The translations under genes and the position numbers were made by a program. Positions 45,772 to 54,013 of a DNA stretch of 64,000 nucleotides are shown one piece after another. The notes beneath the pieces were generated by a model. That model did no database searches and was not told the DNA's origin. It saw only the letters and a program-made list of their open reading frames with translations. This DNA comes from an uncultured Acidobacterium sp. (lineage in GTDB: Bacteria > Acidobacteriota > Vicinamibacteria > Vicinamibacterales > UBA2999), in the NCBI GenBank assembly GCA_964513235.1, contig CAZEMI010000266.1:34826-98825 (forward strand). Reading direction: 5' to 3'. Positions within the stretch are counted from its first letter, which is position 1. Each line of letters starts with the position of its first letter.

Positions 45772-48341
45772 CGTTTCACCTCAGCTGGGGTTGCAACCAT
45801 GGCCGCAAAGCGCGGCATGGGTCGGAGCCTGACGAAATCTTCTTCCTCTGCCACGGCGCGCGTTGACAGGCCATTCGCCATTGCGCGTTCGATGGCGTTC
45901 AGAGCGTGGTCGCTGCGATCGGCGATGGCGTGAACGATCCCCTCACGATGGATCACCTGCGGATCTTTCGGGGCCAGCGCCAATGCGCGGCGAATGCTGC
46001 GCATCGCCGCGGCATCGTCACCGGCCTTCGCCTCATAGACGGCCAGACGCGCGATGGCTCTCGCGTCCAACGGACTGACGGACACTTCGGCCTCCGCCTG
46101 GGTGGCGGCGCGCTGGTACGCCTCGCGTGCGTCACGCAGCCGCCCGAGCTTGGCGTAGGCGTCACCCAGATTGCGATTGGTGACGCCGCTAGTCTGGCGA
46201 ATCAACAGTGAGCCTTGATAGGCCGCGGCGGCCTTCGCGAAATCACCCAGGCCGTAATAGATCGTGCCCATGTTGGAAAACGTATCGGCGCGGGGCTGAA
46301 TGGCGTTGGCCCGTTCGTAATAATCGAGGGCGCGCTTGTTGTCGCCCAGCTGCTGCGCCGTGGCGCCCGCGCGCGTGAGGGTGATCGCCGACGCGGGCGA
46401 CAGGGCGAGCGTCTTCTCGAGGGCAACGAGCGCTTCTTCGTAACGTCCGGCGTTGTACAACGAAACCGCCATATCGCTATGCACCGCCACCGCGTTGGGC
46501 CGCAACGCCATCACTTTCCTGAATTCGGCGAGGCCTTCATCCACCTGGCCTTGCCGCATCAAGATCGTGGCGTGCAGACGAATGGCGTCTTCGTATGTCG
46601 GCTGCAGCGCCAGGGCCCGCTCGACTTCGGCTTGCGCGTCGGCGTACTGGCCGCTGCGAAACAGCGTCAACGCCGCCGTGTAGCGCACGCTGGGACGGTT
46701 CGGCTCGAGCTCGAGCGCGCGCTTGGTCGAGTCCATCGCCCGCTGTGCCCACAATTTATCGTTGGTCTGCAGATAGACCTGCCACTGCGCCTCCGCCAGG
46801 CCGGCATGCGCCATCGCGAAATTGCCGTCGGCAGTGAGCGCGGCTTCGAACTCAGCCAATGCTCCGTGCACATTGCCGGTGAGATCACGACGATCCAGGA
46901 GAGCCCGGCCCTTCCAATAGGCGATCTGCGCCGGACCGCTGCTGGTAATTGCCGCCGCCGGCTCGGCCCGCTCACCCGCCGGCGTCTGATCGGCAATCGC
47001 GTCGCCCAACATCACCGCCAGGCGTTTCTGCAGCTCGAATAGATCGCTGGTGGTGCCCTCGACGGTGTCGCCCCACGCCACCGACGCATCCGGGCGCTCG
47101 AGATTCAGCGTCACGCGCAGGCGATCCGCAATCGCATGAACGGAGCCGGTGACGAGATAGTTCGCATCGAGCGCCCGCACAAGACTCGACCGATCGGGAT
47201 TCTGTTGCCGGCTGTCTTCGACGGCACTGCGTGACAACACGGTCACCCGTGGCGCCGACGCGAGGCTGGTGATCAGGCTCTCGGCCAGCCCCGTCCCGAG
47301 ATAATCATTCGCCGGATCTCCGCTCATATTCGACAACGGCAGCACCGCCACCACCGGCGCCGTTGGCCCAAGTTGTTGCGCGTTCCATTGCACGCGCATC
47401 ACCAGCGCGATCACGGCGGCGAGCACCACGGCCCCGGCGACGTAGGTGCTGACCGGCATGCGGCGGCGCAACCGGACCGTGCGGCGCGCGAGCGGCGACG
47501 ATGCGGTGTCGCGCAGCGGGTTCAGCTCGACCCGCACTTCATCACCAGACGAAGGCCGCCTGGCGGGATCGCGATCGAGCAGCCGCGCCACCAGCGACTG
47601 CAGCCGCGGCGGCACCCAGGTGCCGCTCGCCGGCGAGAGCTTCGGCGCGCCGTCTCGCAGCACCGACGTCGCCAGCACCACCGGATCGTGTCCCGGGAAC
47701 GGCCGCCGGCCGCTAATCATCTCGTAGATGATCACGCCGAGCGCGTAGAGATCGGCGCGGCCGTCGACGTTGCGCGACAAATACTGTTCGGGTGCGGCAT
47801 ACCCGGGCGTGCCGACCAGGCCGACGCCGATGGTGCCCGGCACACTCTGCGCCATGTCCGCGCCGGCGGGGACGAGCCTTGCGATGCCGAAATCGAGCAC
47901 CTTCATCCGGCCGTCCGGGCCGAGCACCACGTTCGACGGCTTCAGGTCGCGATGAATCACCCCTTGCGCATGCGCGGCCGCGAGCGCATCCGCCAGCTGC
48001 CACGCCACTTCAACGGCTTCGGCGACCGACATCGGGCCGCGGTGCAGCCGCATCGCCAACGTGTCGCCCTCGACGTACTCGAAGACCACGACGACCTTGC
48101 CCTCGACGTCGAGGACGTCGTGGACCGTGGCAATGTGCGGATGATTGAGCGCGGCGGCGGCGCGGGCCTCGCGCATCAGACGCTGGCGGCCCTCCGTCGT
48201 GTCGGCAGCCGCCGTCTTCACCGTCTTGAGCGCGACCTTGCGATTGAGCCGCGTGTCTTCGGCCAGCCACACCACGCCCATGCCGCCGGCGCCAAGCTGG
48301 CGGAGGATGTGGTACGGGCCTACGGTGGCGCCGGCGTGCAC
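45768..48341 (-). CDS. Ser/Thr protein kinase with TM segment, periplasmic module and TPR repeats
   Basis: Hanks motifs (GAGGMG, VALK, HRDLKPSN, DFG, APE), a TM segment, a VAVLPLSNMSGDP module and TPR repeats. It is a paralog of 42712-45273. Confidence 0.85.
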   Translation of the reverse strand: MHAGATVGPYHILRQLGAGGMGVVWLAEDTRLNRKVALKTVKTAAADTTEGRQRLMREARAAAALNHPHIATVHDVLDVEGKVVVVFEYVEGDTLAMRLHRGPMSVAEAVEVAWQLADALAAAHAQGVIHRDLKPSNVVLGPDGRMKVLDFGIARLVPAGADMAQSVPGTIGVGLVGTPGYAAPEQYLSRNVDGRADLYALGVIIYEMISGRRPFPGHDPVVLATSVLRDGAPKLSPASGTWVPPRLQSLVARLLDRDPARRPSSGDEVRVELNPLRDTASSPLARRTVRLRRRMPVSTYVAGAVVLAAVIALVMRVQWNAQQLGPTAPVVAVLPLSNMSGDPANDYLGTGLAESLITSLASAPRVTVLSRSAVEDSRQQNPDRSSLVRALDANYLVTGSVHAIADRLRVTLNLERPDASVAWGDTVEGTTSDLFELQKRLAVMLGDAIADQTPAGERAEPAAAITSSGPAQIAYWKGRALLDRRDLTGNVHGALAEFEAALTADGNFAMAHAGLAEAQWQVYLQTNDKLWAQRAMDSTKRALELEPNRPSVRYTAALTLFRSGQYADAQAEVERALALQPTYEDAIRLHATILMRQGQVDEGLAEFRKVMALRPNAVAVHSDMAVSLYNAGRYEEALVALEKTLALSPASAITLTRAGATAQQLGDNKRALDYYERANAIQPRADTFSNMGTIYYGLGDFAKAAAAYQGSLLIRQTSGVTNRNLGDAYAKLGRLRDAREAYQRAATQAEAEVSVSPLDARAIARLAVYEAKAGDDAAAMRSIRRALALAPKDPQVIHREGIVHAIADRSDHALNAIERAMANGLSTRAVAEEEDFVRLRPMPRFAAMVATPAEVKR

Positions 48342-48345
48342 CCGT

Positions 48346-48936
48346 CTATTGCCCCGAGAGGTAGGCCTTCGACGCCGCCTCGTCTTTGAGCGGCACGACC
48401 TTGTCCGGATCGATGCGGATCATGAGGTAGCTGATGTGATCGTCGATCCTGGTGAACCAGTGGCCGGTGCCGGCCGGGATGATGATCGCATCGCCGGCCT
48501 TGAGCTGATGCGTCACGCCGTTGCGGATCGACGCGGCGTTGCTGCCGGGACCGTTCAGCAAACGCACGTTCTCGTTGGTCGCCGGCCGCCGTTGCGCATC
48601 GACCAGGTCGGGACCCGTCACGAGCGTCGCCGAACCGGACATCACGTGATACACCTCGCTCACGTGATCGTGCTCGGCGACGGAATTATTTGCAGGCTGG
48701 TCGAGCCTGGTGCGATGCACCATGCCAATCGCCACGCCGCTGTTGCCGGCGTCGACCGCTCGCACCTGCTGATCGATCTGCCTGCGCGCGATCGCGCGCT
48801 TCAAGTACGCCTGCAGCTCGTCGTTGGAAACGTAGCTCGCGGGACAGCCCTTGCAGGTAGCAGTGGGAACGTTCTGCGCATATACAGCCGCCATCGTCAT
48901 CACGACGGCGCAGGCAATCAGCGTGGGCTTCAGCAT
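48346..48936 (-). CDS. Secreted cupin-domain protein
   Basis: Signal MLKPTLIACAVVMTMAAVYAQ and cupin motif GDAIIIPAGTGHWF. It lies 4 nt upstream of the kinase gene. Confidence 0.6.
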   Translation of the reverse strand: MLKPTLIACAVVMTMAAVYAQNVPTATCKGCPASYVSNDELQAYLKRAIARRQIDQQVRAVDAGNSGVAIGMVHRTRLDQPANNSVAEHDHVSEVYHVMSGSATLVTGPDLVDAQRRPATNENVRLLNGPGSNAASIRNGVTHQLKAGDAIIIPAGTGHWFTRIDDHISYLMIRIDPDKVVPLKDEAASKAYLSGQ

Positions 48937-48966
48937 CGGGGAATCCTCTCAGGAGAGGATTCTACG

Positions 48967-50214
48967 TCATGGATCCCTCGTGATCAGCCTGACGCTGCGC
49001 TGATACGTGAGATACGCGGCCGCCCACTGGAGCATCACCGACATGCGGTTGCGGAAGCCGATCAGGAACAGGATGTGGATAAACAGCCAGAGCAGCCAGC
49101 CGAGATAACCCGAGACGCGAAGGAAGCCAAAGTCGGCGATGGCGGCATGGCGCCCGATGGTCGCCATGTTGCCCGGGTCGTAATAGTGAAACGGCCTGGT
49201 GGGCTGCCCGGCAATCAGCCGCCCGATATTCGCCGCGGCGTGCGCGCCTTCCTGCTTGGCGACCTGCGCCACACCAGGCAGCGGCGTGCCGGTCTGGTGC
49301 GAGAACGACGCGAGATCGCCGGCCACGAACACGGCGGGATTGCCGGGCACCGAAAGATCGGGGTTGACGATCACGCGCCCGGCGCGATCGAGCTCCTGGC
49401 TCAGATCGCGTGCGATCGATTCGGCGGCCACGCCCGCGGCCCACATGATGGTGTGGGCCTCGATGCGTTCGTCGCCGATGCGCACCACGCCGGGCTCGAC
49501 GTTGGTCACGGCACGGCCCTCGCGCACGTCGACGCCCAGCCGCTGCAGCGCGCGCCGGGCCGAGTCGCGCAGGTTCTCGGGGAACGCGGGCAGGATCGAC
49601 GGGCCGGCTTCAATCAGCAGGATGCGCGCGGAGGCCGGATCGATGGCGTCAAACTCCTCTTTGAGCGCCTGCCGCGCGATCTCGGCGAGCGCGCCGGCCA
49701 GCTCCACCCCGGTGGGTCCGCCGCCGATCAACACGAACGTGAGCAGGAGCCGCTGCCGCGTGGGATCGGTTTCGCGTTCGGCGTCTTCGAAGGCCAGCAA
49801 CAACCGGCGGCGAAGCGCGAGCGCATCATCCAGCGTCTTGAGGCCGGGAGCGATGCCGCTCCACTCATCGTGGCCGAAGTACGAGTGCGTGGCGCCGGCG
49901 GCCACGATCAGATAGTCGTACTTCAGCCGTTCGCCGCGATCGAGGACCAGCTGTTTGGCCGAAGGTTCGATCCGATCGACGTTGGCCAGCAAGACCCTCA
50001 GGCGGGCCTGCTTGCGCAGGATCCAGCGGATCGGGGAGGCGATATCACCTGGGGACAGTCCCGCCGTCGCCACCTGGTACAGCAGCGGTTGAAAGACGTG
50101 GTGGTTGTGACGATCGACGATCGTCACCTCGCAGGGCACCTTGCGGAGACGCCGCGCCGCATCCAGGCCGGCAAACCCGCCGCCAATAATCACCACTTGG
50201 GGGAGGGCGGGCAT
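48967..50214 (-). CDS. ndh: Type II NADH dehydrogenase (NDH-2), FAD/NAD(P)-binding
   Basis: The ATG at 50214 gives MPALPQVVIIGGGFAGL...IVDRHNHHVFQPLLYQVATAGL. A second dinucleotide motif is LIGGGPTGVELAG. Confidence 0.8.
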   Translation of the reverse strand: MPALPQVVIIGGGFAGLDAARRLRKVPCEVTIVDRHNHHVFQPLLYQVATAGLSPGDIASPIRWILRKQARLRVLLANVDRIEPSAKQLVLDRGERLKYDYLIVAAGATHSYFGHDEWSGIAPGLKTLDDALALRRRLLLAFEDAERETDPTRQRLLLTFVLIGGGPTGVELAGALAEIARQALKEEFDAIDPASARILLIEAGPSILPAFPENLRDSARRALQRLGVDVREGRAVTNVEPGVVRIGDERIEAHTIMWAAGVAAESIARDLSQELDRAGRVIVNPDLSVPGNPAVFVAGDLASFSHQTGTPLPGVAQVAKQEGAHAAANIGRLIAGQPTRPFHYYDPGNMATIGRHAAIADFGFLRVSGYLGWLLWLFIHILFLIGFRNRMSVMLQWAAAYLTYQRSVRLITRDP

Positions 50215-50235
50215 GTCCTCTATTCTAAGAGGTGC

Positions 50236-52269
50236 ATGCCCAAGCCTGGTGTCGCGCCTCCGGAATCCACCGTCACCACCGCGTGTCCGCTCGATTGTCC
50301 TGATGCGTGCACCTTGAACGTCACGGTGCGCGGCGGGCGCGTCACCAAGATCGACGGCTCCAGCGACAACCACATCACCAACGGCTACATCTGCGCCAAG
50401 GTGCGGCGCTTCCCGGAACGCGTCTACGGGGACGATCGCCTGCTCTATCCGGCGATGCGGCGCGGGAGTAAAGGCGCGGGGCTGTTCAAGCGTGTGACCT
50501 GGGACGCTGCGCTCGATCTCGTCGCGTCGAAGATGCTCGAGGCGCGCGAGGGCGCGGGCGCGGACACCATCCTGCCGCTCTGTTATGGCGGATCGAACGG
50601 CTTTCTGACGCAGGATTACGCGGACGCGATCCTGTTCCGGCGGTTCGGCACCTCGCGGCTGCTGAAAACCGTCTGCGCGGCACCAACCGGCGCGGCCAAC
50701 CTCGGTCTCTACGGCAAGATGGCGTCGGTCAGCTACGAGGACTACCCCGCGGCGAAGATGATCATCGTGTGGGGCGTGAACCCGGGCGTGTCGGGCATTC
50801 ATCTCATGCCGTTCCTCAAGGAGGCACGCGAGAACGGCGCCGACATCGTGGTGATCGATCCGCGCGCCACGTCCGTCGCGCGGCAGGCGGACCTGCACCT
50901 CGCGGTGCGGCCGGGCACCGATCTCCCGGTTGCCCTTGCGATTCACCGCTACCTCTTCGAGGAGGGGCACGCCAGCCAGACGTTCCTCGATGCGCACACC
51001 ACCGGCGCCGCGCAACTACGCGAGAAAGCACACGGGTGGACGTTCGAGCGCGCCGCCGAAGTCAGCGGCCTCAGCGCCGATCACCTGCGGCAACTGGCCG
51101 AACGGTATGCGAAGACCTCACCGGCGCTCGTGAAGTGCGGCTGGGGCCTCGAGCGCAATCGCAACGGTGGCAGCGCCGCCGCGGCGGTGCTGGCGCTGCC
51201 CGCGGTGGCCGGCAAGTTCGGCGTCCGTGGCGGCGGCTACTCGATGAGCAACTCGACGTCGTGGAACATCGATCGCACGTGGCTCACCGATGCGGAGCCG
51301 CCGACCCGCGCGGTGAACATGAACAAGGTCGGGCGCATCCTCACCGAGCCCGAGGGCGCGCCGGTGAACGTGCTGTTCGTCTATAACTGCAACCCGGTGG
51401 CGATCCTTCCCGATCAGCGGCGCGTGATCCGCGGCCTCGAACGCGACAATCTGTTCACGGTAGTGTTCGACCAGGTGCTGACCGACACGGCAATGTATGC
51501 CGACGTCGTGCTGCCGGCCACGACGTTCCTGGAGCACTATGACTTCGCGAAGGGCTACGGGCCGGTGACCCTGCAACTGGGTAAGCCCGTGATTGATGCG
51601 GTCGGCGAATCGCGATCGAACACCGACGTGTTCATGGACCTCGCGCGCCGGCTCGATCTCACCCTGGACGGCGATCCCGCCGACGATCTCGACGCGATGC
51701 TGGCGGTGCTCGCGGAGCTGCCGCCGCCGATCGGCGACGACTTGCGAGAGAACTGGGTCGCGAAGCATCCGCCGCAGGGCGGCCGGCCGGTGCAGTTCGT
51801 CGACGTGTTCCCGAAGACCGCCGATCAGAAAGTCGACCTCTTCCCCGCCGTGCTCGACACGCAGGCGCCGATGGGGCTGTACGGCTTTCAGCCCGATCCG
51901 GGAACCGCGGAATTTCCGCTGGCGCTGATTTCGCCGGCCAGCGATCGCACGATCAGCTCCACGCTCGGCGAGTTGTCGCGCCCCGAGGTCAGGCTGGAGA
52001 TGAATCCCCAGGACGCCGAACCGCGCGGCATCGAGGATGGCGATCGCATCCGCGTCTGGAACAACCTGGGCGAAGTGCGGATCAAGGCGCAGCTGACGCC
52101 GCTGGTCAGGCCGGGGCTCGTGACGATGCCGAAAGGCGTGTGGCGAAGGCACACCGCCAACGGCTACACGTCGAACGCCTTGACGCCCGATGCGTTGACG
52201 GACCTTGGAGGGGGCGCGTGCTTCAACGACGCACGCGTCCAGGTCGAGAAGTCAGAAGGGAAAAGTTAG
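50236..52269 (+). CDS. Molybdopterin (bis-MGD) oxidoreductase family protein
   Basis: ATG at 50236. An N-terminal 4Fe-4S motif CPLDCPDAC...C, long molybdopterin oxidoreductase core blocks, and a C-terminal dinucleotide-binding beta-barrel (GDRIRVWNNLGEV). There is no in-frame TGA. Confidence 0.8.
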   Translation: MPKPGVAPPESTVTTACPLDCPDACTLNVTVRGGRVTKIDGSSDNHITNGYICAKVRRFPERVYGDDRLLYPAMRRGSKGAGLFKRVTWDAALDLVASKMLEAREGAGADTILPLCYGGSNGFLTQDYADAILFRRFGTSRLLKTVCAAPTGAANLGLYGKMASVSYEDYPAAKMIIVWGVNPGVSGIHLMPFLKEARENGADIVVIDPRATSVARQADLHLAVRPGTDLPVALAIHRYLFEEGHASQTFLDAHTTGAAQLREKAHGWTFERAAEVSGLSADHLRQLAERYAKTSPALVKCGWGLERNRNGGSAAAAVLALPAVAGKFGVRGGGYSMSNSTSWNIDRTWLTDAEPPTRAVNMNKVGRILTEPEGAPVNVLFVYNCNPVAILPDQRRVIRGLERDNLFTVVFDQVLTDTAMYADVVLPATTFLEHYDFAKGYGPVTLQLGKPVIDAVGESRSNTDVFMDLARRLDLTLDGDPADDLDAMLAVLAELPPPIGDDLRENWVAKHPPQGGRPVQFVDVFPKTADQKVDLFPAVLDTQAPMGLYGFQPDPGTAEFPLALISPASDRTISSTLGELSRPEVRLEMNPQDAEPRGIEDGDRIRVWNNLGEVRIKAQLTPLVRPGLVTMPKGVWRRHTANGYTSNALTPDALTDLGGGACFNDARVQVEKSEGKS

Positions 52270-52286
52270 AGATAAAAAGTAGAAGG

Positions 52287-52305
52287 GGCCAAGGGGTATT
52301 TGGCC
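52287..52305. terminator. Short hairpin between convergent genes
   Basis: GGCCAA-GGGGTAT-TTGGCC, with an A/T run on the upstream side (AAAAAGTAGAA). Confidence 0.3.
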
Positions 52306-52343
52306 GCACTTCCGACTTTTCACTTCCGACTTCTCACATCTCG

Positions 52344-52544
52344 TTACGCGACTGAGGGTAGCTTGCCACGTCCGCCGCGACTCGCCTGTCCGCCCTTGCG
52401 GCCGGCGCGACGCGCTTCATCTGCTGACCATTCGTGTGCGGTGCCCTTGGCGTGGGCGGCACGTCCACCCTTGCTGGCAATCTCGCGCTGTTTTTCTGCT
52501 GACATCGAGGCAAAACCCCGGCGTGCCTTGCGGATCTCAAACAC
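52344..52544 (-). CDS. KGG-repeat general stress protein
   Basis: SAEKQREIASKGGRAAH and ARRAGRKGGQAS are repeats of the stress-induced KGG motif family. Confidence 0.7.
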   Translation of the reverse strand: MFEIRKARRGFASMSAEKQREIASKGGRAAHAKGTAHEWSADEARRAGRKGGQASRGGRGKLPSVA

Positions 52545-52751
52545 GGTGACCTCCCATCGGTCGAAGTACGGCTATACCTGCGGCTTGTTGTTAGCGAATC
52601 GCGTGCCAGCTCAACAGGCTTTAGGGAGTCTGTAAGTTGTTGAATCTAAAACTGTTACGTGGTTACAAATAGAGACAATTATTGCAGGGTTTGCCCTACA
52701 TGCATGAAATCACTACAGATGGGGTAACTACTGAAGAGGATCAATACAATC

Positions 52752-53525
52752 GTGAGCGTGAGACTTTTGAAATTTATCGTCATCCTGGCCTTGTCGATCG
52801 CCGCCGTCGCGGCGATGCTGCACAGCCCACGCGGCATCGAAATCCGCAAGCAGTACCGCGCCAATCGCGTCTGCTGCGATCTCTCGATGGCGCAGGCCCT
52901 CGCGCTGACATGGCAGGAGGCCATTGGCGGCGGTCCCTCGTATCCCTCGGAGATCGGCCAGGACAAGTGGGTGCTGGTCAGGATGTTTCCCGAGGTGACC
53001 GGCGGCTTTTTCCTGGACGTCGGCTCTGGCCACGGCACCATCGGCTCGAACACCAAGGCGCTCGAGGAACGCGGCTGGACGGGCATCTGCGTCGACCCCT
53101 TCCCCACGCACATGGAAGGACGCACCTGCGAGATGGTCAAGGAAGTGGTGTCGAGCGTCTCCGGCCAGACGGTGAAGTTCCACACCCACTCGGGCCTGGG
53201 CGGCATCGCCGACACGCTCGGGAAGTGGAAAGAAGAAGCGCAGAAGAGCCCGGCCGTCGAGCTCACGACCATCACCCTGCGCGAGATCCTCGAGCGGCAC
53301 CACGCGCCCACCTACATTCATTTCATGAGCATTGACATCGAGGGTGCCGAGCTCGACGCCTTGAAAGGGATTGGGCTCGAGACCTATCGATTCGGCGCCA
53401 TGGCCATCGAGCACAACGAGGAAGAGCCGAAGCGGAGCGACATCATCAACTATCTGCGGCAGTACGGCTACCAGCGCGTGCACACGTACCGGCAGGACGA
53501 CTACTTCGCGCCGGTCGCGCCGTAG
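52752..53525 (+). CDS. FkbM family methyltransferase with N-terminal TM anchor
   Basis: FFLDVGSGHGTIGSNT...GICVDP and FMSIDIEGAELDALKG blocks. GTG start, preceded by an AT-richer ~200-bp region. Confidence 0.7.
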   Translation: MSVRLLKFIVILALSIAAVAAMLHSPRGIEIRKQYRANRVCCDLSMAQALALTWQEAIGGGPSYPSEIGQDKWVLVRMFPEVTGGFFLDVGSGHGTIGSNTKALEERGWTGICVDPFPTHMEGRTCEMVKEVVSSVSGQTVKFHTHSGLGGIADTLGKWKEEAQKSPAVELTTITLREILERHHAPTYIHFMSIDIEGAELDALKGIGLETYRFGAMAIEHNEEEPKRSDIINYLRQYGYQRVHTYRQDDYFAPVAP

Positions 53526-53683
53526 CGACCAAGTCGCGCCGGCGGACCAGCTCAGCCCGTGTCGCCGTAGCGGCGAGCAGCAGCGATGCCGTTCTTCGGG
53601 CTCCACAAGGGAAGACTCCAGCCGGGAAGGTGATCGGTTCTTCCCGACAAGAGGTTCCTCCCGGCAAGTATTACAATGTCCTT

Positions 53684-54013
53684 ATGGCAATGTGTGGCGG
53701 TCCCGCGGGACCAGGCGACAAGCCGATCACGAATACGAGCGGGCGCGTGGTCAAGTGCGTGAAGTTCCAGAAGGACCTTCCCGGCCTCGACGCGGCGCCG
53801 TGGCCGGGCGAGATCGGCCAGCGCATCTACGAACAGGTGTCGGCGCAGGCGTGGAAGCTCTGGGAAGAGCGCCAGAAGATGATCCTCAACGAGTACCGGC
53901 TGATGCCCTGGCAGAAGGAAGGCCAGGAGCTGATCCGGAAGCAGATGGAAGATTTCTTCTTCGGCGAAGGCTCGGCGTTGCCGCCGGATTTCGTTCCGCA
54001 GCAGGCTAAATAA
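53684..54013 (+). CDS. yggX: Fe(2+)-trafficking / oxidative damage protection protein YggX-like
   Basis: VKCVKFQKDLPGLDAAPWPGEIGQRIYEQVSAQAWKLWEERQKMILNEYRL aligns well with my memory of E. coli YggX. Start at M 53684 or 53690. Confidence 0.75.
   Translation: MAMCGGPAGPGDKPITNTSGRVVKCVKFQKDLPGLDAAPWPGEIGQRIYEQVSAQAWKLWEERQKMILNEYRLMPWQKEGQELIRKQMEDFFFGEGSALPPDFVPQQAK

Noticed and set aside
48145-52269. 1374-aa ORF on the plus strand
   Set aside because: Only the part from the ATG at 50236 (MPKPGVAPPESTVTTACPLDCPDAC...) looks like a real protein, the molybdopterin oxidoreductase. The upstream 2 kb is an Arg/Ala/Gly-rich antisense shadow of the cupin and NDH-2 genes, which is typical of GC-rich DNA.
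50236-52269. Selenocysteine-containing formate dehydrogenase
   Set aside because: The reading frame is uninterrupted by TGA. I cannot assign substrate specificity from the sequence alone, so I kept the generic family call.
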